DNA from: a virus
Lineage: Duplodnaviria > Caudoviricetes
Virus record (IMG/VR): IMGVR_UViG_3300028298_000007
Span: 752 to 64,751 of that record
Length of the DNA: 64,000 nt
Strand: one strand, 5' to 3'
Part shown: in pieces, positions 1-9,308 of the stretch
How the letters are laid out: every line of letters starts with the position of its first letter
Position numbering within the stretch: position 1 is the stretch's first letter
The notes under the pieces: generated by a model
Told to the model about the DNA's origin: nothing
What the model saw: the letters and a program-made list of their open reading frames with translations, nothing else
The model's database searches: none
Position numbers and translations under genes: made by a program

Positions 1-1
1 T

Positions 2-385
2 GAGGAAAAGCAGAAGCAAATTGCTGAAGCAGAAAAAATCCTGAATACTGCGAAAGCAAAAGCAGTTTCTTTACGCGAAGATTTCAAAAGAGCAATGAAG
101 CAAATCAGAAATGATGTTGCTTTCGCAAAAGAAATCCTTGCTTTCGTTAATTACAAACAAAACAATTCCTTGCCGAAGGAAAAAAATTCTTTTCGCATTG
201 AAAAGAATATCCTGAAATTCAATAGAGAAGGAATTAAAGAAATCTCTATTGATGTTTCCAAATCAAATTGGAAGCAATCATTCAAGGAAGAATTAAAGAA
301 GCAAGGAATTAACGGCGAAAATCGTGTTGCCGATAATATCGTATATAAAGCAACGCAATTGCTCGCCACGCATAACGCAGAATAA
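2..385 (+). CDS. hypothetical protein, 5'-truncated by the window edge
   Basis: The frame of ORF 95..385 stays open back to position 2 (EEKQKQIAEAEKILN...). Confidence 0.6.
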   Translation, partial: EEKQKQIAEAEKILNTAKAKAVSLREDFKRAMKQIRNDVAFAKEILAFVNYKQNNSLPKEKNSFRIEKNILKFNREGIKEISIDVSKSNWKQSFKEELKKQGINGENRVADNIVYKATQLLATHNAE

Positions 386-417
386 AAAATGAATTGCTGG
401 GAATTCCGCAGAATTGT

Positions 418-462
418 AGCAAGGAGCAGAAAAGATTTAATACTTTTCTGCTTTTTGCTTTC
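418..462 (+). terminator. probable intrinsic terminator hairpin
   Basis: AGCAAGGAGCAGAAAAG (418-434) pairs with CTTTTCTGCTTTTTGCT (443-459); T-rich tail; lies just after the stop at 385. Confidence 0.55.
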
Positions 463-760
463 GTCTTTATAAAATCTTTTTTTAAGCAGTAACATTTATT
501 GAAAGCAGAACGCTGCACATTATCTTGACGCCTGGAACTTTTGATGCCGCGCTTCAAAGCTGCGGAGATCTTAAATCGTCAATATAGTATATTATATATA
601 ATAAATAAATATATATATTATATATAATAAGAGTTATTTGAGATTAAAGGAGTAATGGAATTGCGGAGCTGGCGGCACGCCTTCATCTCCGCTTTCCAGT
701 ATCATAAAGCATTAGCATAGAATAACTTATACACTTATGCACAGAGTTATGTTAATAACA

Positions 761-1117
761 TTATGTTTTACACATCTTATTAACACTTCGTTCTTTAAGT
801 AACTGTTCGATAGTTTTGATGCCGCGCGTGATTAAAGCGTGATGATTAGGACAGAGACGATAAACTTTAGCTCTTTCGTGATGAATATCGGTAACATCTT
901 TATATCCGCAGATCTCGCAGGGTTTATATTTGACTTTACCGTATCTTTTCCGGCGCATTGTAACTCTTGCTCTTTCTTTTACCGCTATTTGACGACATTG
1001 CCAAGAGCAGATATTTTGATATTTTCTATGTGTTTCAAAATTATTATTACAAATAGAGCATTTTTTCTTAAATGTTTTTTTAGGCATTATTGGTAAAGCA
1101 AATTCTTTTTTATTCAT
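761..1117 (-). CDS. HNH-type endonuclease / zinc-finger protein
   Basis: CxxC pairs plus CEICG...DIHH...LCPNHHA, an HNH-like motif. Confidence 0.7.
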   Translation of the reverse strand: MNKKEFALPIMPKKTFKKKCSICNNNFETHRKYQNICSWQCRQIAVKERARVTMRRKRYGKVKYKPCEICGYKDVTDIHHERAKVYRLCPNHHALITRGIKTIEQLLKERSVNKMCKT

Positions 1118-1157
1118 ATTTTCTCCTTGTTAATAAGTTGTTAATAACTCTATGTTA

Positions 1158-1186
1158 AGTATAACAGATTGTTTATATAATATCAA
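1158..1186 (-). promoter_or_regulatory. sigma70-type promoter for the HNH gene
   Basis: Minus strand TTGATA-17 nt-TATACT with an extended -10 TG. Confidence 0.5.
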
Positions 1187-1197
1187 GAGGTAAAGTA

Positions 1198-1680
1198 ATG
1201 AATAAAGTAAAAAGATGTTATCTGGCTTTGGTTTTCCTTTTAATCTTCCACTCTACTGCGTATGCTAACAGCAGCACAGCGCAGAAGATTTTAAGTGTCG
1301 CCCAAAGTCAAATAGGTCAAGGAGAACTATTCGGAAATAATAGAGGCCCAGCAGTGCAAAGATACTTAAAACGCAATAGCGCTTTGCCCTGGTGCGCCGG
1401 CTTCGTCTCTTACTGCTTAGAGATTTCAGGAACGCATAAAAGATATACATTACTGGCAAAAGATTTCTTATCTTTCGGCTATAAAGTTGCTAAACCTTTG
1501 CCCGGAGATATAGTCGTATTTACGAGAACAGGCGGTGGGCACACAGGAATAGTTGAGCAGGTCTTTCCTGCTTATTATATCTCTATTGAAGGCAATGTGG
1601 GAAAGTATCCGGCAAAAGTAAAAAGAATTAAGCATTCCTATAAAGACAAAAGCAGATTAGCTTTTATTAGATTAAAATAA
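1198..1680 (+). CDS. CHAP-family peptidoglycan hydrolase (putative endolysin) with N-terminal signal/SAR segment
   Basis: PWCAGFV catalytic Cys, GDIVVF, GHTGIV catalytic His and IEGN motifs; hydrophobic N-terminus ending AYA. Confidence 0.85.
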   Translation: MNKVKRCYLALVFLLIFHSTAYANSSTAQKILSVAQSQIGQGELFGNNRGPAVQRYLKRNSALPWCAGFVSYCLEISGTHKRYTLLAKDFLSFGYKVAKPLPGDIVVFTRTGGGHTGIVEQVFPAYYISIEGNVGKYPAKVKRIKHSYKDKSRLAFIRLK

Positions 1681-1699
1681 CACGAAAGGGGGTGAACAG

Positions 1700-2074
1700 A
1701 TGGTAAATAATATCAATGTGCCAGGCGGAGTTAATATGAAAGAACTTTCTTTGGTTGCTCAGAAAAGAAAGACAGAAACAGCGCCAGAGGCGATATTATC
1801 TTTATCGGAAGATGAATTGCACCCGAGAAAAGAATATACCTCCAAAGCTACGGAAGCTTTTAAGTGGTGTTACAGACGCAATATCGGGACATATCCAAAG
1901 TTTTGGTTATCTCCGATTAAGAAAGTTTCGCGCTTCATCGTTACCACATTATTTAGGCACAAGATTGAGATCGTGGCTCGCAGTAGAGGTCCAAGACCTC
2001 ACGGCTGCCGGCAGGATTTACCGATAAAATACGCTAAGCGCGTAGCGATTTATGTTTCAATATACAGGAGATAA
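1700..2074 (+). CDS. hypothetical protein
   Basis: 124 aa ORF with strong RBS GGGGGTGA upstream. Confidence 0.55.
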   Translation: MVNNINVPGGVNMKELSLVAQKRKTETAPEAILSLSEDELHPRKEYTSKATEAFKWCYRRNIGTYPKFWLSPIKKVSRFIVTTLFRHKIEIVARSRGPRPHGCRQDLPIKYAKRVAIYVSIYRR

Positions 2075-2524
2075 TATGAAAGCAAAAGATTGTATCAAAG
2101 CAAAGTGCGAGTATTTAGCCAAGAGAGTAATAAACGGAGAATTTATCTGCACAGATACAGGCGTTGTTACTGACCAGGTCTGTAACTGCGGAATAATCGA
2201 TGAGATGTATGCGAAGAAAGGAGGCAAATAATGCATCGCAGAGATTAGGAGTGTTTTTCCAGTTCATAGAAACTTACGCCTGCCCGATATTGGATATTTC
2301 TATTATCATTACGATAATTTGGGCGGTAAATAAATTAACAAAAAGAAGTGAACGGAAGGCGGTGATTTAATATGCGTTACCTATTATCTTTAATCGGATT
2401 TCCGGTTTGCTCGAGCTGTTCGCGCCGTAATTGTAAAGATTGCCCATTAGCAATAAGATAAGCCTTTATTGGCTACATCTTTAGAAAGGTTAATATGACT
2501 CAAGACATGTTAGAGTTCTTATTT

Positions 2525-2655
2525 CCAGAGAGTTACCGGGATTAAACGAAACATCGGAGATAATACTTGCACTTTGACCTTACCGAAGGTTATAAAAGGC
2601 AAGACACCTTTATCTCCGATGTCCGCTATTAAAGCGCTGATGAGTTTATCTCTGG
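2525..2655 (+). ncRNA. hammerhead ribozyme (type II), predicted cleavage after GUC at 2623
   Basis: Stem II TAAAC/GTTTA, GAAA, stem III CATCGGAGATAA/TTATCTCCGATG, TC, stem I CGCT/AGCG, CTGATGA core; stem II extended by CCAGAGA/TCTCTGG. Confidence 0.92.
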
Positions 2656-2686
2656 TCAGAAAACTTTTAAGAGAGGGGGTGAAAAG

Positions 2687-2878
2687 ATGAAAATCGTAAT
2701 CGGAGAAGGCAGATTAAAACTTTCTGCAAAGCAGGCCACAGACGGAGTAATCTTTTACAGGGTCTTAGCGCCTAACCTTAGAAGGATTATGCAGCATAAG
2801 AAAAGAGATTTATCTGTCGTAGGCACTTGGGTAGCTTACGAAGATATAATCGTCTGGTTTAAGAAAGGAGATTTATAA
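2687..2878 (+). CDS. hypothetical protein
   Basis: ORF with GGGGGTGA RBS; coupled to the next gene by TAATG. Confidence 0.6.
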   Translation: MKIVIGEGRLKLSAKQATDGVIFYRVLAPNLRRIMQHKKRDLSVVGTWVAYEDIIVWFKKGDL

Positions 2879-3216
2879 TGGAAAGAGAATATTTCCACGC
2901 GACAGTGCAAAGAGTTTCTATTGAAGCAAAAGAAGTCCGCGAAGAAAAAATCGCAAGAAGCGGTTTTCTTAATTTAAGAAAGACGATATTCGAGCAGATT
3001 CATTTTGAAGATGAGTATTTTATCTTCTGCAAACTCGACAGCACTAATGTCGTATTGAAGATCAAGACAACAAAAGAAATACTGGAACAGGCGAGAACAG
3101 GAGATTCAGTATCTGTTCATCTCAGATTTGATTTTGAATTTGCCTGTTATCACTTTATCAAAATTAAAGAAGAAGAAAAGGTTATTCAGGTAGAAAGGAA
3201 AATTGTATGCGAATAA
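2878..3216 (+). CDS. hypothetical protein
   Basis: ORF in a tightly packed early cluster; AAGGAG RBS. Confidence 0.6.
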   Translation: MEREYFHATVQRVSIEAKEVREEKIARSGFLNLRKTIFEQIHFEDEYFIFCKLDSTNVVLKIKTTKEILEQARTGDSVSVHLRFDFEFACYHFIKIKEEEKVIQVERKIVCE

Positions 3217-3443
3217 AACTTTTCGTAAAAGACAATAAGATTTGCTACTCCACAGGGAAGGGGAAGTGGACTGCGCTGCCAAGAGGTAGTGGCGATTTGA
3301 CTTACCAGTTATCTCCAGCTGAAACAATCTTAGTGGTAAAACATGGCTGGATTTACGCAGGACAGATCGAAGGCCGGGATATGTCCGGTATAGGCGGACT
3401 TAAAACAATCACAGAGGTGATGAAACATGGAAAAGCTAAATAG
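3207..3443 (+). CDS. hypothetical protein
   Basis: ORF overlapping the previous stop; AAAGGA RBS. Confidence 0.55.
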   Translation: MRIKLFVKDNKICYSTGKGKWTALPRGSGDLTYQLSPAETILVVKHGWIYAGQIEGRDMSGIGGLKTITEVMKHGKAK

Positions 3444-3538
3444 AGTTCAGATATACTTAAATTCTTTTGGCTACCCGAGATCTATTGTAAATCAATACAA
3501 AACAGGTTCAGATAATTACCGAGAGGAGGTGAAGATAA

Positions 3539-3721
3539 ATGGCGAAGAAAAAAGGTTACAAAATAACAGCAAAAAATGTTGAGTATCTTATTTCGCAGTA
3601 TATAAATGCTGACAGCGCCGAAGAAGCAAAGAGTATTTTCAAACAGGATTTTGAAAATGGTCAAATAGGTGTAGGTGGTTCAGAAGTCCAGTTTCAGGAA
3701 GTAACAATAGTTAGGAGGTAA
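3539..3721 (+). CDS. hypothetical protein
   Basis: GGAGGTGA RBS; 60 aa ORF. Confidence 0.6.
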   Translation: MAKKKGYKITAKNVEYLISQYINADSAEEAKSIFKQDFENGQIGVGGSEVQFQEVTIVRR

Positions 3722-3724
3722 AGA

Positions 3725-3994
3725 ATGTCTAAAATAACAGAAAAGCAAATCGGAGTTGTCGGTGTTGACAGCGGAACCTTGCTTCTTGGAGATCCTTGTT
3801 ACTGGTTATCTGATAAGGATTACGAAAAGGAAGTTTTGAACCCTCACTTCGATAGGTCAAGACAAATCTGCTACGACTTAGGGCACAAAGGTAAAGGCGT
3901 CCTGGTGTCAAGCGGATATGGAGACGGCTGTTATCCTGTTATCGCAAAGTTTCAAGATGGCAGAGTAAAAGAAGTTACAGTCAAATTCTTTTAA
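3725..3994 (+). CDS. DUF4241-like small phage protein
   Basis: VGVDSGTLLLGDP...SSGYGDGCYPV motif pattern. Confidence 0.6.
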   Translation: MSKITEKQIGVVGVDSGTLLLGDPCYWLSDKDYEKEVLNPHFDRSRQICYDLGHKGKGVLVSSGYGDGCYPVIAKFQDGRVKEVTVKFF

Positions 3995-4004
3995 GGAGGT
4001 TTAG

Positions 4005-4586
4005 ATGCCTAATTGGTGTGAAAATGATTTAAGAATTACAGGCTCAAAGAAAGAACTCAAGCGCTTTAAGGCCTTTGCCAAAGGAACAGAAGAAGATGAA
4101 TTATTGTCTTGTGAAAAATTTATTCCTTATCCGGATAAGTTTAAGAAACAAGACGAATTGGCAAATAAGAACGGAAAGTTAAGACAGGATTTAATTGATA
4201 AGTTGATTAAAAAAGGAACCCCTGAAGACAAAGCAAGAGAAAAAGCGTTTAAGGATTTTCCGGCTATCCCAGACGGATTTAATCAAGGCGGTTACGACTG
4301 GTGCGTAAAAAACTGGGGAACGAAGTGGGGCTTCTGCGATATTCATCTTGAAGAAGAAAACCTTAGCGATAAAGAAGATAAGTATAATGAATTTCTTTAT
4401 TCCTTTAACACTGCCTGGAGCCCGGCAACACCTGTTATACAGAAAATGGGGGAGATGTTTCCGCTGCTTGAATTTGATCTGCGCTATTTTGAACAAGGCG
4501 CTGGATTTAACGGAATTTTCTGGATGAAAGATGGTAAAGTAGAACAGGATAAGACAGGAGAGTATTTTGGTAATAGGGGAGGGTAA
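4005..4586 (+). CDS. YubB/DUF1281-like ferredoxin-fold protein
   Basis: MPNWCEN start, WCVKNWGTKW and FNTAWSP motifs. Confidence 0.75.
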   Translation: MPNWCENDLRITGSKKELKRFKAFAKGTEEDELLSCEKFIPYPDKFKKQDELANKNGKLRQDLIDKLIKKGTPEDKAREKAFKDFPAIPDGFNQGGYDWCVKNWGTKWGFCDIHLEEENLSDKEDKYNEFLYSFNTAWSPATPVIQKMGEMFPLLEFDLRYFEQGAGFNGIFWMKDGKVEQDKTGEYFGNRGG

Positions 4587-4687
4587 AATGTCGAGCGGAG
4601 ATTTAGGTTTGACTATTATATTATGTACACTTTTTATATGCATTGCGGTTATACGATATGCACATTGGAAATATGGAGGTCATTAAA

Positions 4688-4906
4688 ATGCCGAAATTCA
4701 AAGTTGTTATATCTTTGGGCGTCAATTCTTATATTATTGACGCTGAGAATAAAGATCAAGCAGTAGATAAGGCCGGTGAAGAAATGGTCAAGGAATTAGA
4801 GAACATCAAGTTAGAGAACTTTGTAGAAGTGTATGAGGCTACTGCTGAAGACATAGCAGAAATCGAAAAAGAGAAATCTGCTTTGGCTTCAGGAGAGCCT
4901 TCATAA
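4688..4906 (+). CDS. hypothetical protein
   Basis: ATG at 4688 with GGAGGT RBS (the ORF track starts further upstream). Confidence 0.55.
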   Translation: MPKFKVVISLGVNSYIIDAENKDQAVDKAGEEMVKELENIKLENFVEVYEATAEDIAEIEKEKSALASGEPS

Positions 4907-4966
4907 GCCGAAACGCCTGCGGGAAACCGCAGCGTCAGCCGTAAGATAAAGCGGCTCTGATGAGGC
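4907..4966 (+). ncRNA. hammerhead ribozyme (type II), predicted cleavage after GUC at 4936
   Basis: GCC-GAAA-CGCCTGCGG(GAAA)CCGCAGCG-TC-AGCCG(loop)CGGCT-CTGATGA-GGC. Confidence 0.92.
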
Positions 4967-5415
4967 AAAAGTATATCAGAATTATCTTGAGGCCAATAAC
5001 TTTTGAGAGGAGATTTAAATGAGATGGTATGAAATAGCAAAAAATCTTTCGCATAAAGAAAATTGGACAGAACAACTAATATATGTCCATAAGACAAGAT
5101 TAATTTTAGGATTTATCTTAGGAATTATATTAGGATATTGTTTAGGATTATTATTTTAATTTGAGAGGGGGTGAAGCATGAATAATGAGTTATTAAATCT
5201 CTTACGCAAACGCAGGTTAGCCGGCCAATGCATTATCTGCGGCCGCGAGATTTCGGATAAGAGTATCGTAATCAGTCATTCCGAACTCGGCGAGGTCAGG
5301 ATCTGCGAAGAAGATATCAAAACCGGAAGCAAGAGTTCAGGATAAGTAAAGGTGATTTAAGATTAAAATTATCTTTCGTTACAGCTCTATGCTAAACGGA
5401 GATAGAAAGGAGAAA

Positions 5416-5610
5416 ATGTATAAAACATTTATAAGAACCTGGTGGAAATTAAATCCAAAATGGCCTAACGGTTTAGAGCCGCATGCAGGGAGAAAGGTTT
5501 ATTGCAATACTTGCTCCACAGAAGAAGAGGCGCGGGCATGTTGTAAAGCATATAACTCTACTCACGAACCCGGGAGATTAAGCAAAAAAATGGAATACGA
5601 AAGAGTATAG
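5416..5610 (+). CDS. hypothetical protein
   Basis: ATG at 5416 with AAAGGAG RBS. Confidence 0.6.
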   Translation: MYKTFIRTWWKLNPKWPNGLEPHAGRKVYCNTCSTEEEARACCKAYNSTHEPGRLSKKMEYERV

Positions 5611-5618
5611 GAGGTAAT

Positions 5619-6254
5619 ATGGGTTACACTCATTATTGGCGCAGAGAAAAAGAAATAGAGCAAAGTAAGTTCAATGATATACTCATTGACTTTAAGAAAG
5701 TCTTGCCGGAGATAGAGAAGGCCGGAGTTCAATTAGCTGATGGGCGTGGAGAGGAAACACCTATTTTTAACTCTGAAGAAATTATATTTAACGGCAAAGC
5801 AAAATGCGGACACAAAGTCGATGAAAGAATAATAATACCTTGGCCTACGAAGAACGCCGGCGGCGTAGCTAATAACTGGAAAGAAGACGCTAAAAAGGGA
5901 AATTGGTTTGCTGGAGCGGAGATAGAAAAAAGGGTCTGTAACGGCGATTGCAGTTATGAAACTTTTAGCTTCCCGCGAGTATTTAAGCCCGAAAGCTGGT
6001 CAAGGCCGGAAGAAGGATTATATTTTGAGTTTTGCAAGACCGCCTTTAGGCCCTATGATTTTGCTGTAATTGCTTTTTTAATTATAGCGAAACATCACCT
6101 ACAAGAAAAAATCAAGGTATCAAGCGACGGAGAAGATCAACATTGGTTTGATGGAAAGATGCTCTGTCAAATGATATTAGGCTATGGTTTTGAGTACAGG
6201 ATTGATAAAGACGGAGAACTGATATTAATAAAGGAGGCCACATGCAAGAAATAA
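5619..6254 (+). CDS. conserved hypothetical phage protein (MGYTHYW-type)
   Basis: MGYTHYW start, ETF, FCKTAFRPYD and VSSDG motifs; GGAGGT RBS. Confidence 0.7.
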   Translation: MGYTHYWRREKEIEQSKFNDILIDFKKVLPEIEKAGVQLADGRGEETPIFNSEEIIFNGKAKCGHKVDERIIIPWPTKNAGGVANNWKEDAKKGNWFAGAEIEKRVCNGDCSYETFSFPRVFKPESWSRPEEGLYFEFCKTAFRPYDFAVIAFLIIAKHHLQEKIKVSSDGEDQHWFDGKMLCQMILGYGFEYRIDKDGELILIKEATCKK

Positions 6255-6397
6255 AAGTAGGGGATAAATTAACAATCAAGGTTGAGGTAAGAAAAATTAT
6301 CGAAGATAAAACCGGTAAGCACTACGATGTTTTTCCAGAAGGTTGTGAATCTTTTAGCAATACTATGATTGTTGAACCACAACATATTATTGAATAA

Positions 6398-6464
6398 TCT
6401 CGAAACTGGGGCTAACCTGATAGAAACGCCCCAGTCTTATTGTTAATCAATAACTGATGAGAGA
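6398..6464 (+). ncRNA. hammerhead ribozyme (type II), predicted cleavage after GUC at 6436
   Basis: TCTC-GAAA-CTGGGGC(loop)GCCCCAG-TC-TTATTG(TTAAT)CAATAA-CTGATGA-GAGA. Confidence 0.92.
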
Positions 6465-6473
6465 GGATATAAT

Positions 6474-6650
6474 ATGCAAGAAATACTGAAACTAAGTTTA
6501 AAGAAGGTCATTCTTAATTATCTTGGATTAAGATTTTCTAGACAAAGAGAACCGTTATCTTCATTCAAAGTTTTCGTAATCGTAAAAAAAGAGGTAGTAA
6601 GTAGAGCAAATGAAAGTTTCGTAATTCATGAATGGAAGGAGGTGATATAG
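6474..6650 (+). CDS. hypothetical protein (58 aa, not in ORF track)
   Basis: ATG 6474 to TAG 6650; its RBS (GAGAGGA) overlaps hammerhead stem II. Confidence 0.45.
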   Translation: MQEILKLSLKKVILNYLGLRFSRQREPLSSFKVFVIVKKEVVSRANESFVIHEWKEVI

Positions 6651-6929
6651 ATGCTGACAGTAGAAAGATTAAAGCGAATTGAACCCAGAACTATCTTTGC
6701 CACCGGGACATTTATTGACAATGACTTAGGGTTATTTATGACAGGTAGCGGTAAAGAACTGCGCTGGGTTGCGGTAAAAGGAAGCAACAATGATTGGTGT
6801 ATTTACTGCCATTTTGCTACTATGAGTAAAGAATTTATCAGAACTGAGGGGGATAAGGTTTGCATGGAGCGTAACATTAGAATGTGCATGCCTTGCGATG
6901 ATGAAGTATTTAAGAGATACCGATATTAA
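6651..6929 (+). CDS. hypothetical protein
   Basis: GGAGGTGA RBS; 92 aa ORF. Confidence 0.65.
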   Translation: MLTVERLKRIEPRTIFATGTFIDNDLGLFMTGSGKELRWVAVKGSNNDWCIYCHFATMSKEFIRTEGDKVCMERNIRMCMPCDDEVFKRYRY

Positions 6930-7368
6930 GGAGAACATATGATTGATATCGCTACATTAAAAGAAGAAGATATTGGCCGGTGGGTGTTATACGATATTGG
7001 ATATAAAAGAGAGAAAGGCAGGATAAAATATTGGAACTCTATTTATATCTTCGTTGTTTTTAAATGCGATAGGTGAAGATTTTGAAATAGAATTCGAAGC
7101 GTAAAAGGGGGTGAACATGTTTATAGACGGTATTGCGTTAGGTATAGGTTTTGGCATAGGCCTGTTTATTATTGCCTGTGTCTTGGCAGCGTTAGTTTGG
7201 GCATTGGTAGTATATTTTATTTCAGGGAATGAAGTGCATCCATAAAAATAGGAGTTTTCATGGATAAATTTGACGAACAGGGGATGCTGTTTACCGTAGG
7301 CGTTGTTATTATTACTTCTATTATCTTATTTTATTTTTACATCAAATCTAAAAAGAAGGGAGGTTTAC

Positions 7369-7530
7369 ATGGCCGCGGAAAAGAAAGAAGAGATAGTAAA
7401 GAAATTGACTAAGAAATTCTATATGAGTATAACTAAGGACTGTATGGAATATGCGCCTAAGATCGAAGACGCATTTGAAATAAGAAAAGATATTATCAAC
7501 AATCTTAAAAAAGTAATTGATAATTCTTAA
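7369..7530 (+). CDS. hypothetical protein
   Basis: ATG 7369 with GGGAGGT RBS. Confidence 0.5.
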   Translation: MAAEKKEEIVKKLTKKFYMSITKDCMEYAPKIEDAFEIRKDIINNLKKVIDNS

Positions 7531-7546
7531 AAGGAGGTGAAGCACA

Positions 7547-7729
7547 ATGAAGAAAGTAATTGAACTCGAGCTCGAATACAGCGGAGAAACAAAGCAGTAT
7601 CTTATCTTCAAGATAAAAAAAGCGCTAGCTCCGCCACCGTTATTTCCGGCAAAAATTTATTTGCTGAAAGATTTATTCAAAAAAGAAACTAAGAACATCA
7701 TGTTAACCATTGAGGAAAAGGAGAATTAA
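7547..7729 (+). CDS. hypothetical protein
   Basis: AAGGAGGTGA RBS. Confidence 0.55.
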   Translation: MKKVIELELEYSGETKQYLIFKIKKALAPPPLFPAKIYLLKDLFKKETKNIMLTIEEKEN

Positions 7730-7730
7730 A

Positions 7731-9308
7731 ATGCAATTACAAACATTAAAAATAGACCAGATCGCCATAGGCGATAATATAAGGAAAGACATTACCAAAG
7801 ACTCCGTAGCCAGTCTAATCGAATCGATTAAGGACAAAGGAATATTGCAGCCGTTATTAGTCAGGGTTAACGGTGGTAAGTTCGACCTGCTGGATGGCTA
7901 TCGCAGGATCAACGCGGCCAAGTTTGCTGAATTAAAAGAAGTCCCGGCAATTATTATCGAAGCCGATAAAGCTGAGCGCGTTGAGTATCAGTTAGTGGCA
8001 AATTTGCAACGCAAGGACCTAAACGCAATTGACGAAGCCTTAGCTTATAAGGCATTAGGCGATGATTTTAAAGTAAAAGACATTATGGTAATCACCGGCC
8101 GGCCGGAATACAGGATCCGCAGGATATTAGCGCTGCTTACATTGTGCGAAGAAGTACGGAACATGATTAAGAATAATGAGGTTTCCGAAGATCATGGTTT
8201 CGTATTGACAAGGATATCCAGTCCGAAATTCCAAAAAGCCTTAGCCAATGACATCAAGAAATACCGGTATTCTCCAAGCCGCGCTGAAAACGAGTTAAGC
8301 CATTATTCCCAGCGACTTGAGACCGCTTGCTTTGATAAAACGCAATGCAAGGCCTGCACGTTTAACGGCAACCTGATGAAGGATCTTTTTGATAAAGAAA
8401 ATTCGATGTCCGGACAATGCCTGAACGCCGATTGTTATTTCAAGAAAATCGCCGAGTTCCAAAAAGTAAAAGAAGCCGAAATAAAGAAGCAGGGGAAGAA
8501 AGTAATAGTGGTCAAGGAAGAGCCTTCTTATGGGACTAAGGAATATGAGGCAATGAAAGAACTGGTTGATTTTACCGGTTACGAAGCGCAGGGTTTTGAC
8601 AAAGAACAATTCAATACCGAATGTACCAAGACCTGCCCGACCTTCGCGTTTATCATAGGTCCTGCCGGCCAGGTTAAACCGGTTTGCTTAAATGCTGATT
8701 GTTTCAAACGCGCCTTACGCAAAGCCAAAGCAACGGAAAGAAAAGGAACGGCTATGCCTAAGACAGGCGATCCTGAGAAAGACGCCTCTATTCAATACGA
8801 GGCCAGGCAGAAAGAAAACCGCGTTGATTTCTTTAAGCGTGATTTCTTCATTAAGGGCCTGAAAGAAAACGCTAAAGATATCCAACTTAACAGGATATTG
8901 CTGCATCAGTTATTCAGCTTGGAAAGCAGTAACGGCGAAACAATTTCAGAATTGCTCAAAGCAACTAAGAAGCAGCCGAATTACATGATGAGGAATTTTG
9001 AGCGCCTTAATGAATTAAACAACGCTAAACTGATTGAATTGATTAAAATCCTTATTCTTAGCCACCTAAACGGTTATTCTACAATTGAATTGCAAAAATT
9101 AGGCGAAGAAGCTGGTCTGGATTTAGCTAAGTTTATAATTACCAAAGAATACCTGGAGAAATTCTCTAAAGCAGGTTTGCATAAGTTAGCCAACGAATTG
9201 AAATTAAAAGTAGGCAGCCTAGTCTGGAAGGATAAGAAAGATGATATAATCAAAATCATGCTGGCTTCCGGTTGTAAAGGTAAAGTGCCTAAGGAGATGT
9301 TGAAATGA
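7731..9308 (+). CDS. parB: ParB/Spo0J-family protein with long Cys-containing C-terminal extension
   Basis: SIKDKGILQPLLVR, DGYRR Arg patch, ANLQRKDLNAIDEA, then an HTH; ATG 7731 after AAGGAG. Confidence 0.85.
   Translation: MQLQTLKIDQIAIGDNIRKDITKDSVASLIESIKDKGILQPLLVRVNGGKFDLLDGYRRINAAKFAELKEVPAIIIEADKAERVEYQLVANLQRKDLNAIDEALAYKALGDDFKVKDIMVITGRPEYRIRRILALLTLCEEVRNMIKNNEVSEDHGFVLTRISSPKFQKALANDIKKYRYSPSRAENELSHYSQRLETACFDKTQCKACTFNGNLMKDLFDKENSMSGQCLNADCYFKKIAEFQKVKEAEIKKQGKKVIVVKEEPSYGTKEYEAMKELVDFTGYEAQGFDKEQFNTECTKTCPTFAFIIGPAGQVKPVCLNADCFKRALRKAKATERKGTAMPKTGDPEKDASIQYEARQKENRVDFFKRDFFIKGLKENAKDIQLNRILLHQLFSLESSNGETISELLKATKKQPNYMMRNFERLNELNNAKLIELIKILILSHLNGYSTIELQKLGEEAGLDLAKFIITKEYLEKFSKAGLHKLANELKLKVGSLVWKDKKDDIIKIMLASGCKGKVPKEMLK

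Noticed and set aside
1681-7545. Recurrent GGGGGTGA/GGAGGTGA motif before early genes, considered as a repeat element
   Set aside because: Its spacing to start codons shows it is simply an extended Shine-Dalgarno sequence.
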